NCBI GenBank assembly: GCA_963705915.1
Contig: OY970126.1
Location: forward strand, 102,753-166,752
Reading direction: 5' to 3'
Source of the DNA: an uncultured bacterium
GTDB taxonomy: Bacteria; Patescibacteriota; Minisyncoccia; UBA6257; 2-01-FULL-56-20
DNA: 64,000 bases
A program made the position numbers and the translations under genes. Position 1 is the first letter of the stretch. Every line of letters starts with the position of its first letter. Shown one piece after another: positions 1-10,052 of this stretch. The notes under the pieces are model-generated. The model saw only the letters and a list, made by a program, of their open reading frames with translations, was not told the origin of the DNA and did no database searches.

Positions 1-171
1 GCGCGGGCCATCATACGCCTCGACTTCCGTGATCATGAGCGATATGGTTTTTGGCGCGATCTTTCCGTTGCGGCGCAAGGATATCCGCCGCACGATATAT
101 TTCCCGAGGAGCTCACGAGCAACCGTGAGTGTCGGCCGGTTGAAGAATTGGCGCGTCAATATCTTTTTCAT
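1..171 (-). CDS. mpg: DNA-3-methyladenine glycosylase (MPG/AAG family), N-terminal part; runs off window edge
   Basis: Manual translation MKKILTRQFFNRPTLTVARELLGKYIVRR...MITEVEAYDGP matches the AAG-family FF.R....VA..LLGK and I.E.EAY motifs; divergent from nth. Confidence 0.85.
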   Translation of the reverse strand, partial: MKKILTRQFFNRPTLTVARELLGKYIVRRISLRRNGKIAPKTISLMITEVEAYDGPR

Positions 172-211
172 AACTTTTTCATTATAATCAGTCGTAACCA
201 TTCTTCCCACT

Positions 212-874
212 ATGAATTCACCCAAAGATTTGCCCCGGCTCAAGAAACGGTGGCAGAAGATCTATAAAAAACTCAAAACGCTTTTCCCGCGGGCAAAAAT
301 TGCGCTCAACTTCGGCACCCCATGGGAGCTCCTCGTCGCGGTGCAGCTTTCCGCACAGTGCACGGATAAAAAAGTGAATGAGGTGACGCCGGTGTTGTTT
401 AAGAAATATAGAACCCTGAACGATTACGTGAAGGCATCAAAAACTGCAAAGGGCATCCGCGATTTTGAAAAGATGATCCATGCTTGCGGTTTCTATCGTG
501 CAAAGACAAAAAATATTTTAGCTGCTGCGAACTATATCCAGAAGAAATATCACGGCAAACTGCCGAAGACGATGGAAGAGATGATCAGGGTTCCTGGCGT
601 CGGTCGAAAGTCCGCAAATGTGATTTTGGGCAATGCCTATGGCGTGGTGGAGGGGATAGCGATCGACACGCATATGATCCGCCTCTCGAATGTCTTTGGT
701 CTCACCAAAGAAAAGGATCCGGTGAAGATCGAGCGTGATCTCATGGCGATCATCCCCCAAAAAGACTGGTTCAAGGCAACCTATATGATCATCAATTATG
801 GCCGTGCGTACTGCGTTGCGCGTCCGCACAAGCACGAACTCTGCCCACTCACGAAGGTGCTTGCTCGGGCCTAA
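212..874 (+). CDS. nth: Endonuclease III
   Basis: ELLVAVQLSAQCTD, HhH motif PGVGRKSANV, IAIDTH. Confidence 0.93.
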   Translation: MNSPKDLPRLKKRWQKIYKKLKTLFPRAKIALNFGTPWELLVAVQLSAQCTDKKVNEVTPVLFKKYRTLNDYVKASKTAKGIRDFEKMIHACGFYRAKTKNILAAANYIQKKYHGKLPKTMEEMIRVPGVGRKSANVILGNAYGVVEGIAIDTHMIRLSNVFGLTKEKDPVKIERDLMAIIPQKDWFKATYMIINYGRAYCVARPHKHELCPLTKVLARA

Positions 875-943
875 AAATAAGGGTTCTTTATCCACATTGT
901 GAGCGGGGGCCACATGCTATACTTGATTGGTAAGTAATATTAC

Positions 944-989
944 AAAGAAGAGCCGTTTTCCGGTGAGGTCGGAAAGCGGTTTTTCTTTT
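944..989 (+). terminator. Intrinsic terminator-like hairpin
   Basis: AAAGAAGAGCCGTTTTCCG / CGGAAAGCGGTTTTTTCTTT inverted repeat with T-run. Confidence 0.7.
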
Positions 990-1050
990 AGGCGTAAGGT
1001 AAATAGAATGAGAACGTTGACTTTGTCATCAAAATTTTCAAAAATAAGGA

Positions 1051-2037
1051 ATGCCTTTTGAGCAAGCGCCCTCCCGGGAACACACTGATATGAAGGAGTC
1101 TTTTAGTAAGAGAATGAAAAGAAAGCTTAAAGTTTTAACATGGGCAGTTGCCTTGGGTGCGGAAAGTTATGTGGGGTATCATTCTGCGGTAAATCTTCAT
1201 GAAAAATTCAAGCAGGACACAGCGGAAGCCGAGCAGATCCAAAAACAGGCAGATGAAAAGGCTGAAAGATCCGAGATAGAGCATTTGCTGGAAGGGAAGT
1301 ATAAGCGGTTACTCACGCGCTATCATGAAAACGATATTGAAGATACTTTGATTTCTGCCGAAGAATTAAATGAGAAATACAACGAAAGAAAGAGTAGAGA
1401 TCAAGAAGGCATCGCAATCGACGCTATAGAAACTCACGATGGATTATTGCGACAGGAACAGGTTCAAGATGTGGTCGTCAATCTTCCGCAAAGTTGGACT
1501 ATCGGGAAAATTGAGTCGATTCATTTTCTTAAGGGGGTTGAAAAAGCAGATAAGGGGTATGCACCATCAGGAGTACTTGCTGACGAAACCCCCAACCCTG
1601 CAACCGGCGAATCCTCTATCAGGTTTTTTGGCTCAGCTAAAAATGAGTCTGTAGAGTATGTCATAGAAACTATCGATCACGAAGTGGCTCATGCCAACGA
1701 CTGGCAAAATCGGCCAGGGCTTTCCCTTGAAGAACGTTTAGCTTTTTGGACAAAAGTTTCTGATCGTTCTTTCGCCGCTGATCGCTATTACTCTTCCTAT
1801 GTAGAAGGTATTAAAGATAAAGATTTGGGAGCAGAAAATTATTATAAAACCATTGAATATTGGGCGGAAATATGTCAGGCATATTTTAATCATCCTGACG
1901 ATCTCGACGTCAATGATTTTCGATTGGTCGATCGTTTTGTTAAAAATGCTGACCCTGCATACAATTTGAGAGAAGCCGTAGCATCAAATCACGCTCTCGC
2001 GGAAGCGGTCCGCGAGGAGTCACGAGTAACGCCATGA
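1051..2037 (+). CDS. Hypothetical membrane-anchored protein with HExxH (possible zinc metallopeptidase)
   Basis: N-terminal hydrophobic helix, coiled region, DHEVAH motif and downstream EYWAE. Confidence 0.6.
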   Translation: MPFEQAPSREHTDMKESFSKRMKRKLKVLTWAVALGAESYVGYHSAVNLHEKFKQDTAEAEQIQKQADEKAERSEIEHLLEGKYKRLLTRYHENDIEDTLISAEELNEKYNERKSRDQEGIAIDAIETHDGLLRQEQVQDVVVNLPQSWTIGKIESIHFLKGVEKADKGYAPSGVLADETPNPATGESSIRFFGSAKNESVEYVIETIDHEVAHANDWQNRPGLSLEERLAFWTKVSDRSFAADRYYSSYVEGIKDKDLGAENYYKTIEYWAEICQAYFNHPDDLDVNDFRLVDRFVKNADPAYNLREAVASNHALAEAVREESRVTP

Positions 2038-2477
2038 TTATTTTGCATGTAAAAAAAGGAGGAAAAAACTGTGGGGTACTTGAATGCGATCGAGGATCGT
2101 TTCGCTTCACAAAGGAGAAGGCGCCAGAGTTCGAAGCCTTTTTGGAAGAGAGCCTTGCGAAAGGTATACCTTCTTACGCTGATCGTCGAGAAGGATTGAA
2201 TTCGCGATCTTTTATCGAAAAAAATGTGATAAAAAAAGAAGATGTTGAGCCATATTTGCTGAGGGATTTTCTACGACATAATGGATATATCGTTGAGGAA
2301 ATTCACCCGGAAATCGAACGGGAAATTCGAATGCTCATTGAAGAAGTGCCCGACGATAGCCCCGACAAGAAGCATGTATTGGAAAAGCTATCCGGGATGA
2401 CCCACCTCGAGCAAACTGCCATTCTTGAAGCGCTACGTGACGCAGATAAAGGGAAAGAAGAAGATTTGACAAATTAA
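2034..2477 (+). CDS. Hypothetical acidic protein
   Basis: 147 aa ORF, ATGA overlap with upstream gene. Confidence 0.65.
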   Translation: MIILHVKKGGKNCGVLECDRGSFRFTKEKAPEFEAFLEESLAKGIPSYADRREGLNSRSFIEKNVIKKEDVEPYLLRDFLRHNGYIVEEIHPEIEREIRMLIEEVPDDSPDKKHVLEKLSGMTHLEQTAILEALRDADKGKEEDLTN

Positions 2478-2513
2478 GAAAAATGATGTATAAATGACCT
2501 CAGGGAGGATGAA

Positions 2514-2759
2514 ATGAAAAACGGGAAGAAACGCACGGCGGCTCTCGGCGTATTGCTTGTTTGCACGATCGCGTTGATTATTTTGTCGATGCGAGCTCCG
2601 AGCAGCTGGGGAGAAAAAACTAATGCGTTGATTTTCCTCGGCGCGTTTTGCGGAACCCTCGGCCTCGTTTGCTTTGCATGTTGGGCCATTGCGAAGGGGC
2701 AGCGCGGAAAGGCTCGACGGCGGGAAATATTGCCTGTGGATCTGAAGCAACCCTTTTAG
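2514..2759 (+). CDS. Small two-TM membrane protein
   Basis: GGAGG SD upstream, two hydrophobic segments, followed by terminator. Confidence 0.65.
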   Translation: MKNGKKRTAALGVLLVCTIALIILSMRAPSSWGEKTNALIFLGAFCGTLGLVCFACWAIAKGQRGKARRREILPVDLKQPF

Positions 2760-2785
2760 TTCCACGTTCCGGCGACACTTCTTAT

Positions 2786-2818
2786 AACCTCGGACAATTC
2801 GTCCGGGGTTTTTCTTTT
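2786..2818 (+). terminator. Intrinsic terminator
   Basis: AACCTCGGAC-AATTC-GTCCGGGGTT followed by T-run. Confidence 0.7.
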
Positions 2819-2845
2819 GACCATTTTTTTCTTGGGGAGTATCAT
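2817..2845 (+). promoter_or_regulatory. Sigma70-type promoter of uvrB
   Basis: TTGACC-17 nt-TATCAT. Confidence 0.6.
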
Positions 2846-2946
2846 AAAAGAAAGTTTGCGTGAGTACCCCTTATGGCCCAAGCCCAAGGGGGATTACGTT
2901 GCATCGAGGGGGAATTATTAAATTTTTATTAAAAATATTTTGACAA

Positions 2947-4954
2947 ATGCCACAACTCGAACTTGTTTCAACCAATAAGCCCGCGGGGGACCAGCCGAAA
3001 GCGATCGCATCGCTTGTTTCGGGTTTGGAAAAGGGCATGCGCGACCAGACGCTGCTCGGCGTGACCGGCTCCGGAAAAACATTCACCATCGCGAATGTGA
3101 TCGCAGAGATTCCAGAAGCCGACGCTCGTGATCGCGCACAACAAGACGCTTGCCGCACAGCTCTGCAATGAGTTCCGCGAACTGTTCCCGAAAAACTCCG
3201 TCAACTATTTTGTCTCGTACTACGACTACTATCAGCCGGAGGCGTATATCCCGTCGAGCGATACCTATATCGACAAGGAGGCGCTGATCAACGATGAGAT
3301 CGACAAGCTGCGCCACGCGGCGACGACCGCGCTTCTCACGCGGCGCGATGTGATCATCGTGGCGTCGGTTTCGTGCATCTACGGTTTGGGCGCGCCGGAG
3401 GTGTATCGCGAAGAACATTTTCCATTTTAAAGTGGGCGACAAGATTGAGCGAAAGGAATTCTCGCGCAAACTTGTCGAGCTGCAATTCAGCCGCACGAAC
3501 AGCGGACCTCAAGCGTGGCACGTATCGCCTGCGCGGCGAGAATTGGGAGATCATGCCCGCGGACCGCGAGATCATCTACAACATTGAGGTTCTGAGCGGA
3601 ATCATCCGTCGCGATCTATGAAGTCGATCCGGTGATAGGATTCCAGCCGGGCAAGACGCCGCCGATCCCGGACATCATCTTTGCTCCGGCAAAACATTTC
3701 ATCACGGAAGCGCCGGAGCGCGAGCGGGCGATCGAAGAGATTCAAGAAGAATTGAAGGAACAGCTCGCAAAGTTTGATAAGGAGAAAAAATTTTTGGAAG
3801 CCGAGCGACTTGAACGCCGGACCAAGTTTGATCTCGCCATGATGCGCGAAGTGGGCTACTGCCACGGCATTGAAAACTATTCGCGCCATCTTTCCGGCCG
3901 CGCCGCGGGCGAGCCGCCGGCAACGCTTCTCGATTATTTCCCGCACACGGAAGATCGGCAAGCCGGATTTTCTCACGGTGATCGACGAATCGCACATGAC
4001 CGTGCCGCAGTTGCAGGGCATGTTCAACGGCGACGCGGCGCGCAAGAAGACGCTCGTTGAATATGGTTTTCGGCTGCCGTCAGCAATCGACAACCGGCCG
4101 TTGCGATTTGAGGAATTCGAAGCGCGGATCGGCCAGACGATTTATACATCCGCAACGCCGGGTCCGTACGAGCGCAAGGAGAGTGAGGCGCCGCGAGGGC
4201 AAACGGTCGAGCAGATCATCCGCCCGACCGGTCTCGTCGATCCAAAGATCACGATGCGCGCCGGCGCGTGGCCAGGTGGAAGATCTCATCCCGCGCATCG
4301 AGGAGCGCGTGGCAAAGAACGAGCGCGTGCTTGTGACGACGCTTACCAAGCGGATGGCGGAAGATCTCGCGCTCGTATCTCGAAGAGAAAAAAATAAAAG
4401 TGAACTATCTGCATAGCGATGTGAAGACGCTCGATCGTATCAAGATCCTGACCGAACTCCGCAAGGGGAAGATTGAAGTGCTGGTCGGCGTGAATCTTTT
4501 GCGCGAAGGGCTTGACCTGCCGGAGGTCTCGCTCGTCGCCATTTTGGATGCGGACAAAGAAGGATTTTTGCGGAGCGAAGTTTCGCTTATGCAGACGATC
4601 GGCCGCGCCGCGCGCAACGCGCAGGGCGAAGTGCTGATGTACGCCGATAATATCACGGGCTCCATCGAGCGCGCCGTAAAAGAAACCGACCGCCGCCGCA
4701 AGATCCAGGTTGCCTATAACAAAGAACACGGCATCACGCCCACGACGATCATCAAAAAGATTTCCGATATTTTGCCTAATGTGGACGAGATATTGAAGCT
4801 TGAGACGAAGCCGATTCCCAAGTCAAAGACCGCTCTGCAGAAGCTGATCGCCGAGAAGCAGCGCGAGATGCGCGAAGCGGCGAAAGCGCTCGACTTTGAA
4901 ATGGCTGCCATTTTGCGGGATGAAGTTAAAGAGTTGATGAAGCGACAAAAATAA
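2947..4954 (+). pseudogene. uvrB: Excinuclease ABC subunit B broken by seven +1 frameshifts (probably consensus errors)
   Basis: Fragments carry [49 protein letters not shown] and a C-terminal UVR domain in successive frames. Confidence 0.85.
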
Positions 4955-4979
4955 AAACCGCCGATGATCTGGCGGTTTT
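4954..4979. terminator. Bidirectional terminator
   Basis: AAAACCGCC-8 nt-GGCGGTTTT between convergent units. Confidence 0.7.
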
Positions 4980-5005
4980 GTGGCAGGGTGAGCAAATTCT
5001 GGAAG

Positions 5006-5200
5006 TCAGGGGTTGCGCAGTTCGTTGTCTTCAGGTTCTTCGCGAGTCTGGTCGGCTTGCCCCGTTTTACCGGAGGGCGCAGGGGGAGTTTCTTTTTGCC
5101 GTTGCAGATCGTCCGTAATGCGATTGGATCCGGAAGGATGTCGCGTAGGACGATGCGGATGACTTGATGAACGATCGCTTGCAGAGAGAGCGTCAAACAT
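5006..5200 (-). CDS. Small hypothetical hydrophilic protein
   Basis: Minus-strand TTGACC-17-TATAAT promoter and AAAGGAG SD 8 nt before ATG; reading frame uncertain. Confidence 0.45.
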   Translation of the reverse strand: MFDALSASDRSSSHPHRPTRHPSGSNRITDDLQRQKETPPAPSGKTGQADQTREEPEDNELRNP

Positions 5201-5283
5201 GGCACGGGCTCCTTTCTACGGATTTCTTTCAATATTATATCTCATAATAATCGCAAGGTCAATTATGTTACAATGAACATTCC

Positions 5284-7062
5284 ATGGACCTCCTTTACTA
5301 TTACCTCAAGAAATATAAAAAGACACTTTCTCTCACGCTCGTCCTTGCGACGATCAACACCGCGTTTTCGCTCGTCGATCCGCAGGTGTTTCGTCTTATC
5401 ATCGACAACTATATCTCGCAGATCGGTTCGATCTCGCAAAGCGACTTTTTGCGCGGCGTAGGGCTTCTATTGCTGGCATCGGTAACCGCCGCATTCATAT
5501 CGCGCGTGGCAAAAAATTTCCAGCAATATTATGAGAACGTTGCGACCCAGCGGGTTGGCACCGACATGTATGCGGATAGCGTCGCACATTCTTTTTCGCT
5601 GCCCTACAGCATTTTTGAGGACCAGCGTTCCGGCGAGTTGCTCCAAAAACTGCAGAAGGCACGTATTGATACCCAGCAGCTCATGATCAGTTTTGTGGAT
5701 ATCATTTTCGTTTCGCTCGTCGGCATCGTGCTCGTTGTCCTTTACGCATTTTATGTCCACTGGCTCATAGGCCTTTTGTATCTCCTCATCATCCCAACGC
5801 TTGGCACGGTTACTTTTTTCTTAGGACGCAAAATTAAAACGATTCAGAAAACGATCGTCGTTGAATCCGCGAACCTTGCCGGATCAACAACCGAAACGCT
5901 CCGCAACGTCGAACTCGTGAAGAGTCTCGGCCTTGAAGACCAGGAGACGAAGCGCTTGAACGATGTGAATAACAAAGTGCTCGGCCTCGAACTCTCGAAG
6001 TTCAAAGTGATCCGTGGCTTGAGCTTTGGGCAAGGGACCGTCGTAAACGCGATGCGCGCGGCGATTCTTTTTGCGATGCTGTGGCTCATCTTCACGGACG
6101 CGATAACGCTTGGCGAGTTTCTCACGCTTTGGTTTTACTCCTTCTATATATTTTCGCCGCTCGGCGACATCAGTACCGTCGCTGCGCAATATCAAGAGGC
6201 GAAAGGCAGTTTGGAAAAATTGCAGGAAATTTTGGCGATTCCATCGGAAGTGAAGCCGACGAATGCCGTGCAGATCGACACATTGAAAACCATCGATTTT
6301 AAAAAAGTTTCCTTCCAATACCAGGAAGGCAATACTCCCGCCGTGAACGATATTTCATTCACCATCAAGAGCGGCGAGACCGTCGCGTTCGCGGGTTATT
6401 CCGGTTCGGGCAAGACGACACTCATTAAATTGCTCGTCGGACTCTATAGGCCTAATAAAGGCTCAATCGTTTTGAATGGGGTGGATGGGGCGAACGTCGA
6501 TTACGATGCGTTGCGGCGGAAAATCGGCTACGTTTCGCAGGAAACCCAGCTTTTTGCCGGAACGCTGCGCGAAAATTTGTTGTTTGTGAATCCTTCCGCG
6601 ACCGATGACGATTGCTGGGAGGCACTTGAAAGCGCTTCGGTGACCGACATCGCCCATCGCGGCGGCAAAGGACTCGATACGCGCATCGGCGAAGGCGGCA
6701 TAAAAATTTCCGGCGGCGAACGCCAGCGCCTCGCGATCGCGCGCGCGCTCGTCCGCAAGCCCGACCTCATTATCTTTGACGAAGCAACGTCGAGCCTTGA
6801 CTCGATCACAGAACGATCAATCACGGACACCATCAAAGATATCGCGCGTTCGCGTCCTGATCTTATCACCGTCATGATTGCGCACCGGCTTTCCACGATC
6901 TCCCACGCCGATATAATTTATGTTTTGCAAAAAGGAAACATCATTGAGCGTGGCTCACACGCAGAGCTTTTGCGCAACCGCGACGGGCTCTACTCGGCGC
7001 TGTGGAAAGAGCAAAGCGGTGCCGGGGAAGCTTGGGAAGCCTCGCCGGTTTTTGCGGGATAG
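5284..7062 (+). CDS. ABC exporter, fused TMD plus ATPase (MsbA/MdlB-like)
   Basis: N-terminal TM domain, GYSGSGKT, ISGGERQR, IIFDEATSSLD. Confidence 0.92.
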   Translation: MDLLYYYLKKYKKTLSLTLVLATINTAFSLVDPQVFRLIIDNYISQIGSISQSDFLRGVGLLLLASVTAAFISRVAKNFQQYYENVATQRVGTDMYADSVAHSFSLPYSIFEDQRSGELLQKLQKARIDTQQLMISFVDIIFVSLVGIVLVVLYAFYVHWLIGLLYLLIIPTLGTVTFFLGRKIKTIQKTIVVESANLAGSTTETLRNVELVKSLGLEDQETKRLNDVNNKVLGLELSKFKVIRGLSFGQGTVVNAMRAAILFAMLWLIFTDAITLGEFLTLWFYSFYIFSPLGDISTVAAQYQEAKGSLEKLQEILAIPSEVKPTNAVQIDTLKTIDFKKVSFQYQEGNTPAVNDISFTIKSGETVAFAGYSGSGKTTLIKLLVGLYRPNKGSIVLNGVDGANVDYDALRRKIGYVSQETQLFAGTLRENLLFVNPSATDDDCWEALESASVTDIAHRGGKGLDTRIGEGGIKISGGERQRLAIARALVRKPDLIIFDEATSSLDSITERSITDTIKDIARSRPDLITVMIAHRLSTISHADIIYVLQKGNIIERGSHAELLRNRDGLYSALWKEQSGAGEAWEASPVFAG

Positions 7063-7178
7063 ATTAAACTTTATCGTTTGATTATTTCATTAAAAAAAGA
7101 TAACATTGGTATACAACTGAAGACCGATAAACCCCCCTATGAGCCGAGCTCGGGGGAAAATTCGTTATGGTCACAAAC

Positions 7179-9725
7179 ATGGCACACGATAAAATCATCA
7201 TCAAAGGTGCGCGGGAACACAATCTCAAGAACATCAACCTTGAGATTCCGCGCGACAAAATGGTTGTTTTCACCGGCCTTTCTGGTTCGGGAAAGTCGTC
7301 GCTCGCATTCGATACGATTTTTGCCGAGGGCCAGCGTCGCTACATTGAGTCATTATCTGCCTATGCGCGGCAGTTTTTGGGCCGTCTCGATAAGCCGGAC
7401 GTGGATGATATTGAGGGGCTATCGCCCGCGATTTCAATCGACCAAAAAAGCCATTCCTCCAATCCGCGTTCGACCGTTGCGACAATCACCGAGATTTATG
7501 ATTATCTCCGCGTGTTATTCGCGCGCGCCGGCAAGCCATTTTGTCCGACCTGCGGCCGCGAAATCAAAAAACTGACGAATGAAGAGATCGTTGACGTTGC
7601 GATTGATTTTGCAAAGCAGAACGACGTGGCGGCGGGAAAAAAGGGAAAGGGCGCCAGCAACAACCTTGTGATTCTCGCACCCGTCGTCCGCGGCAGAAAA
7701 GGGGAGTATTACCAGATGCTCTACGATTTTTTGAATGCAGGATTTTCTGAGGTCCGCGTCGACGGGAAATATCATTCGCTCCGCGAACGGGTTGAGTTGT
7801 CACGCTATAAGATCCACAACATCGACCTCGTCGTCGACCGCATCCCGGCCGGAATGAATTTTAAAGAAAAAGATAATCGCTTGCGCCTTGCAGAGGCTAT
7901 CGAACACGGCCTCAAATACGGTGAGGGCGTCGTTACAGTCATCACCGACAAAGAAGTTTCTTTATCGGCAAAGTTCACCTGCCCCCACGACGGATTCTCA
8001 TTCCCGGAAATTGAACCACGATTATTTTCGTTTAACAGCCCGTACGGCGCTTGTCCCGAGTGCCATGGCTTGGGCACGAAAGATTTATGGTCGGATGAAA
8101 TCTGTCCGGTCTGCGAAGGCAAGCGATTGCGGGTCGAAAGCCTGAACGTTCTCATCGACGGCAAAAATATCAATGGCGTCGTCGCATTTTCCATTGAGAA
8201 GGCATACGCTTTCTTTGACGGTATGAAATTCAAAAACGCCTCGCTCACCGAGGTTGCCGAAGCGCCGCTCCGAGAGATTAAATCCCGATTAAAATTCATG
8301 AGCGATGTCGGCCTGGAATATCTCACCCTCGACCGGAAAGCGGGGACATTGTCGGGCGGCGAAGCCCAGCGAATCCGCCTTGCCTCGCAAATCGGCTCGC
8401 GCCTTGTGGGTACGCTCTATATATTGGACGAGCCGACGATCGGCTTGCATCAGCGTGATAACGCAAAGCTCATTAAAACGCTCCAGGATTTGCGTGACCT
8501 TGGGAATACCATCATCGTCGTCGAACACGACGAAGATACGATCCGCGCCGGCGACTATCTGGTTGATATTGGCCCAGCTGCCGGCGTCCATGGCGGCAAC
8601 GTCGTGGCAAAAGGGCCGATCCCGGAAATATTCAAAGATACCAAGCAAAATTCGCTCACGCTCCAATATTTGCGCGGCAAACAATTCATCGAAATGCCCG
8701 ACACGCGTCGAAAGGTGGACAGCAAGCAAGAATACCTCAAAATCCGAGGAGCTCACGCGAATAATTTGAAGGATGTTGACGTTGATATTCCGTTGCGCCG
8801 CTTTACGGCGGTGACCGGCGTCTCAGGCTCCGGCAAGTCGAGTTTGGTATACGACGTGCTCTACAAAGCCGTTGCTGACAAGTTGAATAGGGCGACGTAC
8901 AAAGCCGGCGGATACAAATCCATCCTTGGTTTGGAATATATCAACCGGATTATCAACATCGATCAATCGGCGATCGGTCGCACGCCGCGATCGAATCCGG
9001 CTACGTATGTCGGCGCGTGGTCCCATATCCGCGATCTTTTTGCCTCAACCGAAGATGCGCGCGTGCGCGGATACAAACCGGGACGGTTCAGCTTCAACGT
9101 CCCCGGCGGCCGCTGCGAAAACTGCGAAGGCCACGGAACGATTGCGATCGAAATGCATTTCTTACCAACCGTGTATGTGACGTGTGACGTTTGCAAGGGC
9201 AAACGGTTCGACCGCGAAACGCTCGAAGTCGAATACAAAGGAAAAAATATTTTTCAGGTTTTACAGATGACCATCGAAGAGGCTGTGAAATTCTTTGATG
9301 ATATTCCGTGGCTTAAAGAAAAATTGAGCATTCTTGAAGAAGTCGGATTGGGATATTTGGAACTCGGCCAATCGGCGACAACCTTGTCCGGCGGCGAGGC
9401 GCAACGGATCAAACTTTCCGCCGAGCTCGGCAAGCGCGATACGCGCCGCACATTATATCTGCTCGACGAGCCGACAACGGGCTTGCATTTTGCGGACGTT
9501 GATCAGTTGATCAAAGTTTTGCAAAGACTCGTCGACCGCGGGAATACGATTGTCGTCATCGAACACAACCTTGACGTGATCAAAACGGCGGACTGGATCA
9601 TTGATCTCGGCCCCGAAGGGGGCGAGCGGGGTGGCACGATTATTGCAACGGGAACGCCGGAGCAGGTGGTGCGAAAAGCGGGGAGCTTCACCGGCCAATA
9701 TCTCCGAAAGGTGCTTGCCAAGTGA
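7179..9725 (+). CDS. uvrA: Excinuclease ABC subunit A
   Basis: [19 protein letters not shown], two LSGGEAQR signatures, Zn fingers; alternative start 7167. Confidence 0.97.
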   Translation: MAHDKIIIKGAREHNLKNINLEIPRDKMVVFTGLSGSGKSSLAFDTIFAEGQRRYIESLSAYARQFLGRLDKPDVDDIEGLSPAISIDQKSHSSNPRSTVATITEIYDYLRVLFARAGKPFCPTCGREIKKLTNEEIVDVAIDFAKQNDVAAGKKGKGASNNLVILAPVVRGRKGEYYQMLYDFLNAGFSEVRVDGKYHSLRERVELSRYKIHNIDLVVDRIPAGMNFKEKDNRLRLAEAIEHGLKYGEGVVTVITDKEVSLSAKFTCPHDGFSFPEIEPRLFSFNSPYGACPECHGLGTKDLWSDEICPVCEGKRLRVESLNVLIDGKNINGVVAFSIEKAYAFFDGMKFKNASLTEVAEAPLREIKSRLKFMSDVGLEYLTLDRKAGTLSGGEAQRIRLASQIGSRLVGTLYILDEPTIGLHQRDNAKLIKTLQDLRDLGNTIIVVEHDEDTIRAGDYLVDIGPAAGVHGGNVVAKGPIPEIFKDTKQNSLTLQYLRGKQFIEMPDTRRKVDSKQEYLKIRGAHANNLKDVDVDIPLRRFTAVTGVSGSGKSSLVYDVLYKAVADKLNRATYKAGGYKSILGLEYINRIINIDQSAIGRTPRSNPATYVGAWSHIRDLFASTEDARVRGYKPGRFSFNVPGGRCENCEGHGTIAIEMHFLPTVYVTCDVCKGKRFDRETLEVEYKGKNIFQVLQMTIEEAVKFFDDIPWLKEKLSILEEVGLGYLELGQSATTLSGGEAQRIKLSAELGKRDTRRTLYLLDEPTTGLHFADVDQLIKVLQRLVDRGNTIVVIEHNLDVIKTADWIIDLGPEGGERGGTIIATGTPEQVVRKAGSFTGQYLRKVLAK

Positions 9726-9754
9726 TTGTGGACGCGATTTGATATCATAAAACT

Positions 9755-10033
9755 ATGCCTAAAATCGTTGATGGAAAAATCTACCACGAAGGCCAAAAAA
9801 TTGGCTGGATTGACGGTGAACATATCCGCGGCGAAAGCGGTAACAAACTCGGCTATTGGCAGGGTGATTTCATCTACAATGACGAAGGCCGCAAGATCGC
9901 GTATATAAAAGATGATGAGCTGCACTTTGAGAATGGCCAACCTTCGATTTCGCTTCAGCACATCAATGAAAAAATCGAAGGGACGTATCCGTTGAACGTA
10001 AAGTGCGCCGTTCACGCATTACTCGAAGATTGA
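9755..10033 (+). CDS. Small beta-repeat hypothetical protein (beta-flower-like)
   Basis: Repeated G.KIG.I/W.G..IY units. Confidence 0.6.
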   Translation: MPKIVDGKIYHEGQKIGWIDGEHIRGESGNKLGYWQGDFIYNDEGRKIAYIKDDELHFENGQPSISLQHINEKIEGTYPLNVKCAVHALLED

Positions 10034-10052
10034 TCGGGGCGGCGTAAAAACG

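Noticed and set aside
2947-4954. Idea that the expanded-loop tRNA-like RNA suppresses the +1 frameshifts in uvrB
   Set aside because: The seven insertion contexts share no common quadruplet, and seven sequential suppressions would yield negligible protein; sequencing error is simpler.
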